Assembly (NCBI GenBank): GCA_965277185.1
Contig: CBDICC010000009.1
Coordinates: forward strand, 51,087 to 115,086
Reading direction: 5' to 3'
Length of the DNA: 64,000 nt
DNA from: Cytophagales bacterium
GTDB lineage: Bacteria > Bacteroidota > Bacteroidia > Cytophagales > JAHDFW01
Below the pieces are notes generated by a model. That model saw only the letters and a list, made by a program, of their open reading frames with translations, was not told the origin of the DNA and made no database searches. Positions 41,526 to 51,291 of the stretch are shown here, piece by piece; the stretch's first letter is position 1, and each line of letters starts with the position of its first letter. Made by a program: the position numbers and the translations under genes.

Positions 41526-43460
41526 ATGTTACGCTACACAAATAGTCTATTCAAGTATCAAAGACGCAAGTCTATTGAAGTGAAAATTGGGAATGTTCCT
41601 TGTGGGGGCGATAACCCAATTAGGATTCAATCCATGACAACTACAGATACCATGGATACTATGGCTTCTGTGGAGCAATCCATTCGCATGATTGATGCAG
41701 GATGTGAGTATGTGCGCCTAACGGCTCCAAGTATGCGTGATGCAGAGAATCTGGATAATATAAAAAAGGAACTAAAGAGGCGGGGATATGATGCACCATT
41801 GGTGGCAGATATTCATTATACGCCTAAAGCGGCTGAGATTGCTGCACGCATAGTGGAGAAAGTACGTGTTAATCCTGGGAACTATGTGGATAAAAAGAAA
41901 TTCGATATAATTGAATATAGCGATGCAGACTACCAATCTGAAATTGATCGAATTCGAGATCGATTCTCTCCGTTGGTGAAAATTTGTAAAGAATATGGTA
42001 CTGCGATGCGAATTGGAACGAATCACGGTTCGTTATCAGATCGAATTCTGAGTCGATATGGAGATACACCTAATGGAATGGTAGAATCTGCCTTGGAATT
42101 CTTGCGAATTTGTGAAGATTTGAAATATTACAATGTGATATTATCCATGAAGGCATCTAATCCACAGATTATGGTGCAAGCTTACCGTTTATTGGTAGAA
42201 CGATTGGAAGAAGAGTCCTTGCAACCTTATCCATTGCATCTTGGAGTAACCGAAGCGGGAGAGGGCGAAGATGGACGAATTAAATCTGCTTTAGGTATTG
42301 GAACTCTTTTAGAAGATGGAATTGGAGATACTGTTCGTGTTTCATTGACAGAAGAACCGGAATTTGAAATTCCGGTTGCCAAAGAAATTGTAGAGCGATA
42401 TAAAACTAGGCATGCGCACGATCCAATCGAGGAGGTTGATGCCAAAAAGTTTTCACCTATGATTTATTCTAAAAGGAAATCAGATGGTGTTCATAATATT
42501 GGAAATGATCATGTTCCGGTGGTGATTACAGACTTATCGTCAAATGGTGAAATTTTCATCGAGGATATGGCTCAAATAGGGTACGAATATGTGGCTAAGT
42601 CGGATAAATATAATATTACAGATTTCGCATGTGACTATATCTATCTGGCAGAAACATCAATAGGGTTTGATGTGCCGGATTCGTTGGGAGTAATTCAAAA
42701 CTATAAAAGCTGGAAGATCAACAAGGATCGAATTAATTATTTTCCTTTAATAACAAAGTCAGAGTACGTTCAGTTAGAAGAAACCGATATGGATTCTAAG
42801 CTGAATTTTGTGATTGTGGAATTAGAAGACCTTGAGGACGATTTATTAAAGAAATTAAAAGGAAGTGAAAACATTGTTTTGATGTTGAAAACGTTCAATG
42901 CTCATGCCATGGCAGAGCAACGTGCCGCTTTTTTGAAGTTAGTTAATAATGAAGTTTCTTGTCCAGTGATTCTAAGTCATAATTATCTATTGCCCAATAT
43001 GGAGCGACTTCAATTGACTGCAGCAACGGATATGGGGTCTTTATTTATTGATGGTTATGGTGATGGAATATTTTTGCAGATGCAAGAAGGAAATGATTAT
43101 GGACAGCTAAACCAAACCTCATTTAATATTCTTCAGGCAAGTAGAACTCGAATATCAAAAACGGAATATATATCTTGTCCTTCTTGTGGCCGAACGCTAT
43201 TTGATTTACAAGAAACCACTGCTAGCATTCGTAAGGTTACAAGTCATTTAAAAGGATTGAAAATCGGAATTATGGGATGCATCGTAAATGGCCCTGGAGA
43301 AATGGCTGATGCAGATTATGGATATGTGGGAGTTGGAAATGATAAGATCTCGCTTTATAAAGGACAAGAGGTTGTAAAGTCAAGGATTCCTTCTGGAGAA
43401 GCTGTGGGTGAATTAATCGATTTGATTAAAGAGCACGGAGATTGGATCGATGCAGAATAA
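41526..43460 (+). CDS. ispG: 4-hydroxy-3-methylbut-2-en-1-yl diphosphate synthase (long form with inserted domain)
   Basis: 644 aa. The TIM-barrel half has PIRIQSMTTTDT...RVNPGN, then a ~250-aa insertion. The C-terminal 4Fe-4S half has YISCPSCGRTLFD...GCIVNGPGE. Confidence 0.9.
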   Translation: MLRYTNSLFKYQRRKSIEVKIGNVPCGGDNPIRIQSMTTTDTMDTMASVEQSIRMIDAGCEYVRLTAPSMRDAENLDNIKKELKRRGYDAPLVADIHYTPKAAEIAARIVEKVRVNPGNYVDKKKFDIIEYSDADYQSEIDRIRDRFSPLVKICKEYGTAMRIGTNHGSLSDRILSRYGDTPNGMVESALEFLRICEDLKYYNVILSMKASNPQIMVQAYRLLVERLEEESLQPYPLHLGVTEAGEGEDGRIKSALGIGTLLEDGIGDTVRVSLTEEPEFEIPVAKEIVERYKTRHAHDPIEEVDAKKFSPMIYSKRKSDGVHNIGNDHVPVVITDLSSNGEIFIEDMAQIGYEYVAKSDKYNITDFACDYIYLAETSIGFDVPDSLGVIQNYKSWKINKDRINYFPLITKSEYVQLEETDMDSKLNFVIVELEDLEDDLLKKLKGSENIVLMLKTFNAHAMAEQRAAFLKLVNNEVSCPVILSHNYLLPNMERLQLTAATDMGSLFIDGYGDGIFLQMQEGNDYGQLNQTSFNILQASRTRISKTEYISCPSCGRTLFDLQETTASIRKVTSHLKGLKIGIMGCIVNGPGEMADADYGYVGVGNDKISLYKGQEVVKSRIPSGEAVGELIDLIKEHGDWIDAE

Positions 43461-43579
43461 AAATTCTCTTCAAATGAAGGAAGTACAATTCTGATAATGG
43501 GTATTCTATTCTACTTAATTTCACTAATCAAATTTCAATAATTGAGTGCCCCTTTGTGGTTGTTCGATAGGAAAAAGCT

Positions 43580-43587
43580 TATTTTTG
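43580..43587 (+). promoter_or_regulatory. Candidate -7 promoter box (TAnnTTTG) only 4 nt before the ATG
   Basis: Exact match TATTTTTG followed by TGTT then ATG (43592). This geometry would imply a leaderless or near-leaderless mRNA. Confidence 0.25.
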
Positions 43588-43591
43588 TGTT

Positions 43592-45973
43592 ATGAAAAAA
43601 CTGATTACATTGATCTGTTTTGTGGTTTTATTGGTTCAGGTTTCTGTTGGCCAATTGATCACAAATACGATTCGCGGAAAAGTGGTGGACGAACAATCTA
43701 AAATGGGACTTCCTGGAGTTACCATCATTTTGATTGGATCAGAACCCTTGTTGGCAGTATCTACAGATGCCGATGGCGAATTTAGACTTAAAAATGTCCC
43801 AGTAGGACGTCAGGGTATCCAAGCCCGATTTATAGGATATGAAACGGTCACATTATCCAACCTTACTTTAGTTAGTGGAAAAGAGTTATTTGTTCAAATC
43901 AATATGATTGAGAGCATTGATGAAATAGAAGCGGTAGAGGTTGTGGCGAAACAAAATAAGCAGCAAACCAATAATGAAATGGCAACAGTAAGTGCTCGAA
44001 CATTATCGGTAGATGAGGCGATGCGGTTTTCTGGAAGTTTACAAGATCCTTCGCGAATGGCTCAAAACTATGCAGGGGTAAGCGGGGCTTCTGATAATCG
44101 AAACGATATTATTATTCGTGGGAACTCACCGTTAGGGGTTCTTTGGCGAATGGAAGGAGTCGATATTCCTAGTCCAAATCATTTTTCAACTCTAGGAACA
44201 ACAGGTGGACCAATTAGCATGTTAAATATCAATAATTTAAGTAATTCAGATTTTATGACGAGTGCTTGGTCTGCAGATTATGGAAATGCTTTATCAGGAG
44301 TGTTTGATATTAAATTAAGGTCTGGAAACCATGATAAACGGGAATATTTAGGGCAAATAGGTTTTAATGGGCTGGAACTAGGAGCAGAGGGTCCATTCAA
44401 AAAAGGGAAAAAAGCATCTTATTTGGTCAATGGGAGATATTCTACACTGGGTGTGATGACTGCAATAGGTTTAGATCTTGGAGTAGGGTCAGCTGTTCCG
44501 GAATACAAGGATATGACTTTTAAAATTGACATTCCAACAACCAATGCAGGACGTTTTAATATCTGGGGAGTGTTGGGGAACAGTGAAGTAAAGTTTGATG
44601 CATCTCCAGAAATAGATTCAACCAATCTTTTTAGCGAGAATGATCAGAATAGTACGTTTGGATCGGAAACGATGATGTTGGGAGCCAGCTGGATCAAGTT
44701 TTTGAATGATAATACCTATTTGCAATGGACTGGCGCACATACTCGAGCAACTACGGCAGGTTTGGTCACACGAGTTGATTTTAGCAATAATGAAGAAACG
44801 CTGTTAGTGGAATTTGATCAATTTCAAGCAAAAGTTTCGAATCATTTAAAGTTAAATAAGAAAATAAATAAAAAGAATACAATCTCGGTAGGCCTTCTTA
44901 GTGATAACTATTTTGTAGATATTCTTGATAGTGGATTGGCTCGATTCAAGGATTCCATTATTCCATATAACATTTACGAAACCATTACGGACAGCAAAGG
45001 AAATGCGTTTTTAATTCAATCTTATTTAAATTGGCAACATCGTTTTAATAAGAAATTGACATTAAATTCAGGATTGCATGAACAGTATTTTGCCTTAACC
45101 AATCATATTGTTGCTGAGCCTAGATTGGGACTTGCCTACCAAATGAATGTTCGACATAAGTTTAGTGCAGGAATGGGACTGCATAGCCAGATTCAACCAA
45201 TCACGCTATATTTTGTGGAGAGTGATACCACAGAAAATTTAACCTATCCAAATCAGGATGTAGGTTTTTCTAAAGCATGGCATGGAGTTGTATCTCATGA
45301 TTTTATTATTGGATCTTCTATGAGATTGAAAACAGAAGTTTACGGGCAATATTTGTTTAATATTCCAATTGAGAATACTTCAAGTTATTTTTCAATGGTT
45401 AATCAAGGAGCAGATTTCATTTTACCAGATGGGGATAATTATGTCAATAAGGGTACTGGTTATAATTATGGGGTAGAATTTACATTGGAACGATTTCTTA
45501 ACAAGGGGTTCTATTTGTTGTATACTACTTCTTTGTTTGAATCCAAGTTTCGAGGAAGCGATGATACATTGCGAAACACGGTGTTTAATGGCAATTATGT
45601 GTTGAATGCATTGGCAGGTAAAGAGCTAAAAGTCAATAGTAGATTGACTATTAGCATAGATAGTAGGGTTACTTATTCGGGAGGACGTCGTTATATACCT
45701 ATTAATTTGGAGGAGTCCATCAATCAAAACAGACAAGTTTTAGATCAATCAAGTATTTATGAAAATCAGTATGATCCTTATTTCCGATGGGATTTAAAAT
45801 TAGGATTTCAGCTTAATGGTAAAAGGGTCTCTCAAAAGTGGATGATTGATATTCAGAACATTACCAACCATAATAATGTTTTCCTTACGCAGTACAATAA
45901 AGAGGCAAATCAGTTGGTTACGACCTATCAGCGTGGTTTTTTTCCAATAGTACTATATCAAATCTATTTCTAG
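43592..45973 (+). CDS. TonB-dependent receptor with CarboxypepD_reg-like N-terminal domain
   Basis: 793 aa with signal peptide LITLICFVVLLVQVSVGQ. IRGKVVDEQSKMGLPGVTIIL...G.F.L is the regulatory-like domain. The plug region is DIIIRGNSPLGVLWRMEGVDIPSPNHF. The C-terminus ends ..VLYQIYF. Confidence 0.85.
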   Translation: MKKLITLICFVVLLVQVSVGQLITNTIRGKVVDEQSKMGLPGVTIILIGSEPLLAVSTDADGEFRLKNVPVGRQGIQARFIGYETVTLSNLTLVSGKELFVQINMIESIDEIEAVEVVAKQNKQQTNNEMATVSARTLSVDEAMRFSGSLQDPSRMAQNYAGVSGASDNRNDIIIRGNSPLGVLWRMEGVDIPSPNHFSTLGTTGGPISMLNINNLSNSDFMTSAWSADYGNALSGVFDIKLRSGNHDKREYLGQIGFNGLELGAEGPFKKGKKASYLVNGRYSTLGVMTAIGLDLGVGSAVPEYKDMTFKIDIPTTNAGRFNIWGVLGNSEVKFDASPEIDSTNLFSENDQNSTFGSETMMLGASWIKFLNDNTYLQWTGAHTRATTAGLVTRVDFSNNEETLLVEFDQFQAKVSNHLKLNKKINKKNTISVGLLSDNYFVDILDSGLARFKDSIIPYNIYETITDSKGNAFLIQSYLNWQHRFNKKLTLNSGLHEQYFALTNHIVAEPRLGLAYQMNVRHKFSAGMGLHSQIQPITLYFVESDTTENLTYPNQDVGFSKAWHGVVSHDFIIGSSMRLKTEVYGQYLFNIPIENTSSYFSMVNQGADFILPDGDNYVNKGTGYNYGVEFTLERFLNKGFYLLYTTSLFESKFRGSDDTLRNTVFNGNYVLNALAGKELKVNSRLTISIDSRVTYSGGRRYIPINLEESINQNRQVLDQSSIYENQYDPYFRWDLKLGFQLNGKRVSQKWMIDIQNITNHNNVFLTQYNKEANQLVTTYQRGFFPIVLYQIYF

Positions 45974-46222
45974 TTTCGCAATAAGTTAGGGTCTTGTACG
46001 TTTTAGGTGTTGTAATAAGCAGAAGGGGAGATAAAATAAAAGGCCGGTTGAAAAACTCCTAAAAAAACAGGATTTGACTCATACATCTCCTCGACCTTCC
46101 CCTGACTTTAATACCACGAGGGTGGGGGCTTGCTCTAATAAACGTAGTGGAGTCGTGATTTAATTTAACGTTGAATTTTTCAATTAATCCGACCTTTGAT
46201 ACGAAATTAGGCATAAAATTTG

Positions 46223-46230
46223 TACTTTTG
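46223..46230 (+). promoter_or_regulatory. Candidate -7 promoter box (TAnnTTTG)
   Basis: Exact match TACTTTTG, 19 nt upstream of the TTG I favour as the start of the small lipoprotein gene. Confidence 0.2.
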
Positions 46231-46249
46231 TCATGGAAAGGAAAGAAAC

Positions 46250-46486
46250 TTGAAAAAATTACTTCAAATATTGTCAATCTTATTGATTGCCATAACGGTT
46301 AGTTCGTGTGGTAAATTATTTGGTTTATATCCCAAATGTAAAATCAAGCAATGTAAAACCAGAATGGTTCATTCACATCCGCGTGGAGATAAATTCTTTA
46401 GAGGAATGCCATTTTGTAAAAAACAAAACCCTTTGACTGGTGAGCTTTGGAAAAAGCAAAAACCAGACCGCCCAAAAACATTGTAA
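46250..46486 (+). CDS. Small basic Cys-containing putative lipoprotein
   Basis: The ORF is open from 46220. A TTG at 46250 gives (M)KKLLQILSILLIAITVSSCGK, a lipobox-like L-x-x-C. The mature part is K/R-rich with 4 Cys. The start assignment is uncertain. Confidence 0.45.
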   Translation: MKKLLQILSILLIAITVSSCGKLFGLYPKCKIKQCKTRMVHSHPRGDKFFRGMPFCKKQNPLTGELWKKQKPDRPKTL

Positions 46487-46638
46487 CATTCAGGTTTTCA
46501 ACCTTTTATGCGAGGCTATTTTGAAGCCTTTTTTACACCTATTTTTTTCTTAAATTTATCAAAAAAAATGCCGTTTGGTACGCATGAAATTGTGTATCTT
46601 CACGGTTTAATTGAAAATTAACATTTGTCAAAATTACT

Positions 46639-49254
46639 ATGGCTGAAGGGAATATTATCAACATTAATATTGAAGATGAAATGAAAGGAGCTTACATCGA
46701 TTATTCGATGTCGGTTATTGTTTCTAGGGCGTTACCTGATGTGCGAGATGGTATGAAACCAGTTCACCGGAGAGTACTCTTCGGAATGCATGAATTGGGA
46801 GTTCAGCATAATAAAGCACATAAAAAATCTGCCAGAATTGTTGGGGAGGTTTTAGGTAAGTATCACCCTCATGGAGATACATCTGTTTATGATGCGATGG
46901 TGCGTATGGCTCAAGAATGGTCTTTACGATACCCAATGGTGGATGGTCAAGGAAACTTTGGTTCCATTGATGGAGATTCACCTGCAGCAATGCGATATAC
47001 GGAAGCGAGGCTCAAGCGAATTGCGGAGGAAATGCTTTCGGATATTGATAAGAAGACCGTTGATTTTCAACCAAACTTTGATGATTCGTTGAAAGAACCT
47101 TCTGTTTTACCTGGTAAAGTTCCAAACTTATTGTTGAATGGAGCATCAGGAATTGCAGTAGGTATGGCAACAAATATGGCACCACACAATCTTACTGAGA
47201 TTGTAAACGGGACTATGGCCTATATTGACAATAGAGATATTACAGTTGCGGAATTAATGGAGCATATTACTGCACCAGATTTTCCAACTGGAGGTACGAT
47301 TTACGGTTATGAAGGGGTTAAGTCTGCTTTTGAAACTGGAAAAGGTCGTGTAGTAGTCCGCGCAAAATCAACCATAGAGGAGACTGATTCAGGAGCAAGA
47401 GAGCAGATTATTGTAACGGAGATTCCGTTCATGGTTAATAAAGGAACCATGTTGGAAAAGACAGCTGCATTAATTAATGAGGGGAAAATTGAAGGTATTT
47501 CGGATCTTAGAGATGAATCGGATCGAAATGGAATGCGAATTGTATATGAATTGAAAAGAGATGCCATGCCTAATGTGGTATTAAATAATCTTTTTAAGCA
47601 TACAGCACTTCAGACTTCGTTTAGTGTAAATAACATTGCCTTGGTAAAAGGGCGACCTCAGTTATTAAATCTAAAAGATTTGATCATTTATTTTGTGGAA
47701 CATCGCCATGAAGTAATTGTTAGAAGAACAGAGTATGAATTAGCGGAAGCAGAGAAAAGAGCACATATTCTTGAAGGTTTAATTATAGCGTCAGATAATA
47801 TTGACGAAGTAATAAGATTGATTAGAGCTTCGAAAAGTCCGGATGAAGCACGTGAAACGTTAATGAAAACGTTTGACTTGTCTGAAATTCAATCCAGAGC
47901 GATTGTAGAGATGCGTCTACGTTCATTGACTGGACTGGAACAAGAGAAATTGCGTAAGGAGTACGAGGAGATCATGGCATTAATTGCGGATTTGAAAGAT
48001 ATTCTTGCAAACGAATCCAGAAGAATGGACATCATCAAAGAGGAATTAAACGAGATGTTGGAGCGATACGGAGATAAACGTCGTACCGACATTGAATTTA
48101 GTTCAGCTGAATTTGCTATTGAGGATATGATTCCTGATGAAGAGATGGTTATAGCTATTTCTAACGAAGGATATATTAAACGAACTGCGTTAACAGAATA
48201 TAGAGAACAAGGACGTGGAGGAAGAGGTTCAAAAGGAGCTAAAACAAAAGAAACAGATTATATCGAGCATTTATTTGTTGCAACGACGCACAATTACTTA
48301 CTGATATTTACAGAAAAAGGAAGGTTGTTCTGGAAACGTGTTTATGAAATTCCTGAAGGAAGTAAAACACATAAAGGAAGACCAATTCAGAATTTAATTA
48401 ACATTGAATCGGATGATCGAATCCGTGCTGTAATTAATGTGTTGAATCTGAAAGATGAAGATTACATAAATAATCATCACATCGTATTCTGTACGGAGAA
48501 AGGGGTGATTAAGAAAACATTACTTGAGCAATATTCTCGACCAAGAACGAATGGTATTAATGCAATTACCATCCGTGAAGGAGATCAATTAATGGACGTT
48601 AAGTTGACCAATGGAAATAGTAATATTGTGATCGGATTGCGATCTGGTAGAGCAATTAGATTCCCAGAGGAAAAAGTACGTTCCATGGGAAGAAATGCAG
48701 CTGGTGTACGAGGTGTAACGCTTAAAGATGACGATGATAAAGTAGTAGGATTAGTTTGTGTAGATAAAGAAAATAAGGAGCAAACCATTCTTGTAGTATC
48801 TGAAAAAGGATACGGAAAACGAACATTGTTGGACGATCCAGAAACTGGTGACGCAATTTATAGAATCACTAACCGTGGAGGTAAGGGAGTTAAAACAATC
48901 AACGTTACCGATAAAACAGGTAAAATGGTTGCTTTATTGGCCGTATCAGATGAAGATGGATTAATGATTATTAATAAGTCTGGTATTACCATTCGACTAA
49001 GTATTGAATCCATGAGAATAATGGGTAGAGCAACGCAAGGAGTTCGATTAATCAAATTAGGAGATAAGGACGAAATTACTTCGGTAACTAAGGTTGTAGA
49101 GGAAAAAAGTGAAGAAGAAGTAGATGAGGAAAATGCTGAAAATGTAGAAAACTCAGAAACTGGTACGGAAAATGCAGATGATTCAAAAGAAGTTTCTAAT
49201 TCAGATGAAGAAGAGGCTGCTGAAAATACCGAGGAGGAATCAGAAGAAGAATAA
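46639..49254 (+). CDS. gyrA: DNA gyrase subunit A
   Basis: 871 aa. The motifs [27 protein letters not shown] and [17 protein letters not shown] plus the active-site [10 protein letters not shown] are classic GyrA. The C-terminal beta-pinwheel ends in an acidic tail. Confidence 0.97.
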   Translation: MAEGNIININIEDEMKGAYIDYSMSVIVSRALPDVRDGMKPVHRRVLFGMHELGVQHNKAHKKSARIVGEVLGKYHPHGDTSVYDAMVRMAQEWSLRYPMVDGQGNFGSIDGDSPAAMRYTEARLKRIAEEMLSDIDKKTVDFQPNFDDSLKEPSVLPGKVPNLLLNGASGIAVGMATNMAPHNLTEIVNGTMAYIDNRDITVAELMEHITAPDFPTGGTIYGYEGVKSAFETGKGRVVVRAKSTIEETDSGAREQIIVTEIPFMVNKGTMLEKTAALINEGKIEGISDLRDESDRNGMRIVYELKRDAMPNVVLNNLFKHTALQTSFSVNNIALVKGRPQLLNLKDLIIYFVEHRHEVIVRRTEYELAEAEKRAHILEGLIIASDNIDEVIRLIRASKSPDEARETLMKTFDLSEIQSRAIVEMRLRSLTGLEQEKLRKEYEEIMALIADLKDILANESRRMDIIKEELNEMLERYGDKRRTDIEFSSAEFAIEDMIPDEEMVIAISNEGYIKRTALTEYREQGRGGRGSKGAKTKETDYIEHLFVATTHNYLLIFTEKGRLFWKRVYEIPEGSKTHKGRPIQNLINIESDDRIRAVINVLNLKDEDYINNHHIVFCTEKGVIKKTLLEQYSRPRTNGINAITIREGDQLMDVKLTNGNSNIVIGLRSGRAIRFPEEKVRSMGRNAAGVRGVTLKDDDDKVVGLVCVDKENKEQTILVVSEKGYGKRTLLDDPETGDAIYRITNRGGKGVKTINVTDKTGKMVALLAVSDEDGLMIINKSGITIRLSIESMRIMGRATQGVRLIKLGDKDEITSVTKVVEEKSEEEVDEENAENVENSETGTENADDSKEVSNSDEEEAAENTEEESEEE

Positions 49255-49340
49255 ATTTTGATTTTCTTGGTTGTATAAGGCAACCAAATCTTAGAGGAAT
49301 TAGTTATATTAATTGAAAACGAAAATTAAAGAATAGACGA

Positions 49341-50471
49341 ATGAAAAAGATCTTGCTGACACTGGTAGCTACAGTTCTACTAACTTTTGTGAGTATTGCC
49401 CAAAACACAGCTGTTACCAATGCTTATATTTATTATAAGGATGAAAAGGATTATGAAAAGGCTAGAGAGAATATCGATAAAGCCATTAATCATCCTAAAA
49501 CATCAATTAAATCGAAAACTTGGACCTACCGAGGTTTAATTTATGAGAAATTAGCTGCTGCAACAACTTCAGGAGAGTTGTTGGTCACAGCTGCCGATTC
49601 ACATAAGAAGAGCATTGAATTAAATGAAAATAAAGGACAGGTTCAATTGTCTCAAAAGAATCTGAAAAATATTTATAATGATGCACTAAACTGGGCTTTT
49701 AAAAAATATGAAGCAAAGGATTTAGAGGTTGCGTTGAGTATTTATGAGGCAGGAATCAAAATAAATCCTCAAGATACTATTGCTTATTTATATGCAAGTT
49801 CTGTCTTGATCGATCTTAAAAATTATGATCGTCTTGTTACTCTAAACAAGGAACTTATTGCTACCGGTTTTGCAAAGGAAAAGGTGTATTTCAATGTGTT
49901 GATTGGTCAGTTAAGTAAAAATACAAAGGAGGACAGTATTGCTGCGTTACAAACTTTGGAAGAAGGAATGACGGCAAATCCAAATGCAACTAAGTTAGCA
50001 AAAACGCAAATTGATATTCAAATTGCATTGGGAAGAAAGGATGAAGCTCTTAAAAGCATTAATTCTAGATTGGATAGTGATCCTAATAATCCATTGTTAT
50101 GGTGTTTGAAGGGGACTTTATTAAAAGGAGAGGAAGCAGAACGTAGTTTTAAGAAGTCTTACGAAAACATTAGTTCATCTACCAAGCCTAACATGGTGGA
50201 GTTTATTAACTTTTCAATTGGAAACATTTACTATAACAAAGCGGCCGATCTTTACAATAAAGTAAATAACATGGGACTTAGTGATTATCAGAAAAATGGT
50301 AAGAAAATTGAGGCGGATGCAAAGGTTATTATGTCAAAATCAATTCCTTATTTTGAAAAGGCACATGAGGTAAATCCTAAAGCTACGGATGTAATTCAGT
50401 CATTGATTACGGCTTATTTAAAAGTTGGACGTCAGGAGGATTCGGATCGAATGTCTGCTAAGCTGAAATAG
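49341..50471 (+). CDS. Secreted TPR-like repeat protein (hypothetical)
   Basis: 376 aa with signal peptide ILLTLVATVLLTFVSIAQ. Helical-repeat composition (e.g. YEKARENIDKAINHP..., ALSIYEAGIKINPQD). Confidence 0.6.
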   Translation: MKKILLTLVATVLLTFVSIAQNTAVTNAYIYYKDEKDYEKARENIDKAINHPKTSIKSKTWTYRGLIYEKLAAATTSGELLVTAADSHKKSIELNENKGQVQLSQKNLKNIYNDALNWAFKKYEAKDLEVALSIYEAGIKINPQDTIAYLYASSVLIDLKNYDRLVTLNKELIATGFAKEKVYFNVLIGQLSKNTKEDSIAALQTLEEGMTANPNATKLAKTQIDIQIALGRKDEALKSINSRLDSDPNNPLLWCLKGTLLKGEEAERSFKKSYENISSSTKPNMVEFINFSIGNIYYNKAADLYNKVNNMGLSDYQKNGKKIEADAKVIMSKSIPYFEKAHEVNPKATDVIQSLITAYLKVGRQEDSDRMSAKLK

Positions 50472-50501
50472 TTATTTAAAAAGACTAACGAATTTTTATT
50501 T

Positions 50502-50540
50502 AAACCGTTTTGAATTTGATATTCAAAACGGTTTTTTTTT
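50502..50540 (+). terminator. Rho-independent terminator after 49341-50471
   Basis: 14-bp perfect stem AAACCGTTTTGAAT / ATTCAAAACGGTTT with a 5-nt loop, followed by a T-run (50532-50540). Confidence 0.85.
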
Positions 50541-50660
50541 GTGGTTTTTTCGGTTTCTCGGATTCTCAGTTTTTCAGTTTCTCAGTTTTTCGGTTCTTCA
50601 GTTCTTCAGTTTCTCAGTTTTTCAGTTCTTCCGTTCCTCAGTTCTTCGGTTTTTAATTAT

Positions 50661-50703
50661 TCTACCTTAACTATCAACGGAATAACTGATCAACTGAATA
50701 ACT
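50661..50703 (+). repeat. 43-bp module copy 1 (TCTACCTTAACTATCAACGGAATAACTGATCAACTGAATAACT)
   Basis: Read directly. It is preceded by GGTTTTTAATTAT and followed by CG+T8. Confidence 0.95.
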
Positions 50704-50743
50704 CGTTTTTTTTCGGTTCTTTAGTTCTTCGGTTTTTAATTAT

Positions 50744-50786
50744 TCTACCTTAACTATCAACGGAATAACTGATCAACTGAATAACT
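50744..50786 (+). repeat. 43-bp module copy 2 (identical to copy 1)
   Basis: Read directly. Same flanks as copy 1 (GGTTTTTAATTAT upstream, CG+T7 downstream), so copies 1 and 2 form an ~83-bp duplication. Confidence 0.95.
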
Positions 50787-50930
50787 CGTTTTTTTCAGTT
50801 CTTCGGTTTCTCGGTTCTTCAGTTTCTCGGATTCTCGGATTCTCGGTTTTTCGGTTCTTCAGTTCTTCGGTTTCTCGGATTCTCGGTTCTTCAGTTCTTC
50901 GGATTCTCAGTTCTTCGGTTTCTCAGTTCT

Positions 50931-50973
50931 TCTACCTTAACTATCAACGGAATAACTGATCAACTGAATAACT
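50931..50973 (+). repeat. 43-bp module copy 3 (identical core)
   Basis: Read directly. It is fused directly to the last octamer (AGTTCTTC|TACC...) and followed by T11. Confidence 0.95.
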
Positions 50974-51094
50974 TTTTTTTTTTTAGTTCCTCGGTTTCTC
51001 AGTTTCTCAGTTTCTCAGTTCTTCGGTTTTTCGGTTTTTCGGTTCTTCCGTTCCTCAGTTCTTCGGTTCTTCAGTTCTTCAGTTTCTCAGTTCT

Positions 51095-51137
51095 TCTACC
51101 TTAACTATCAACGGAATAACTGATCAACTGAATAACT
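51095..51137 (+). repeat. 43-bp module copy 4 (identical core)
   Basis: Read directly. Followed by CG+T9. Confidence 0.95.
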
Positions 51138-51178
51138 CGTTTTTTTTTAGTTCTTCGGTTCTTCCGTTCCTCAGTTCT

Positions 51179-51221
51179 TCTACCTTAACTATCAACTGAA
51201 TAACTGATCAACTGAATAACT
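51179..51221 (+). repeat. 43-bp module copy 5 (one substitution, CAACGG->CAACTG)
   Basis: Read directly. Followed by T14. Confidence 0.95.
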
Positions 51222-51291
51222 TTTTTTTTTTTTTTCAGTTCCTCGGTTCTTTAGTTTTTCGGAAAGTATGCTCATGATGTAGTGACTAGTT

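Larger units (their letters stand above)
50543..51262 (+). repeat. Nested intergenic repeat array: ~55 tandem 8-bp units (RGTTYYTC) in six blocks separated by five 43-bp modules, each followed by a poly-T run
   Basis: Parsed by hand, the octamer blocks hold about 14, 3, 17, 14, 4 and 3 units. Variants include GGTTTCTC, GGATTCTC, AGTTTTTC, AGTTCTTC, GGTTCTTC and CGTTCCTC. The modules sit at 50661, 50744, 50931, 51095 and 51179. The T-runs are 8, 7, 11, 9 and 14 nt. The plus strand is strongly pyrimidine-rich. Confidence 0.95.

Noticed and set aside
46059-46277. 72-aa minus-strand ORF, and the idea that the GC-rich patch is an SRP (4.5S) RNA.
   Set aside because: The ORF has an odd composition and overlaps the promoter/start region of the plus-strand lipoprotein gene. 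The minus-strand GUCAGGGGAAGGUCGAGG only superficially resembles the SRP helix-8 GGAA tetraloop region, and the flanking bases cannot form the required stem.
48858-49283. 141-aa minus-strand ORF across the gyrA 3' end, plus other antisense ORFs within gyrA.
   Set aside because: It is antisense to the unmistakable GyrA coding sequence and its acidic tail, with a Ser-rich shadow-frame translation.
50541-50753. 70-aa plus-strand ORF (MVFSVSRILSFSVSQFFGSSVLQF...).
   Set aside because: It simply reads through the 8-bp tandem repeat. The period is not a multiple of 3, so the apparent 8-aa periodicity is an artefact. It has a GTG start directly after a strong terminator and no support for coding.
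50543-51262. CRISPR-array interpretation of the module/spacer pattern.
   Set aside because: The 'spacers' are themselves tandem octamers rather than unique sequences. Their lengths vary about tenfold (roughly 40-157 bp, T-runs and junction bases included). The 43-bp module is non-palindromic and followed by poly-T. No cas genes or leader are visible in the window.
50543-51262. Replication-origin (oriC) interpretation, given the T-runs, the nearby gyrA and repeated (T/G)ATCAAC words.
   Set aside because: The words match the DnaA-box consensus TTATCCACA at only ~6 of 9 positions. No dnaA or dnaN gene is nearby, gene orientation does not switch cleanly here, and I cannot compute GC skew. It remains only a remote alternative.
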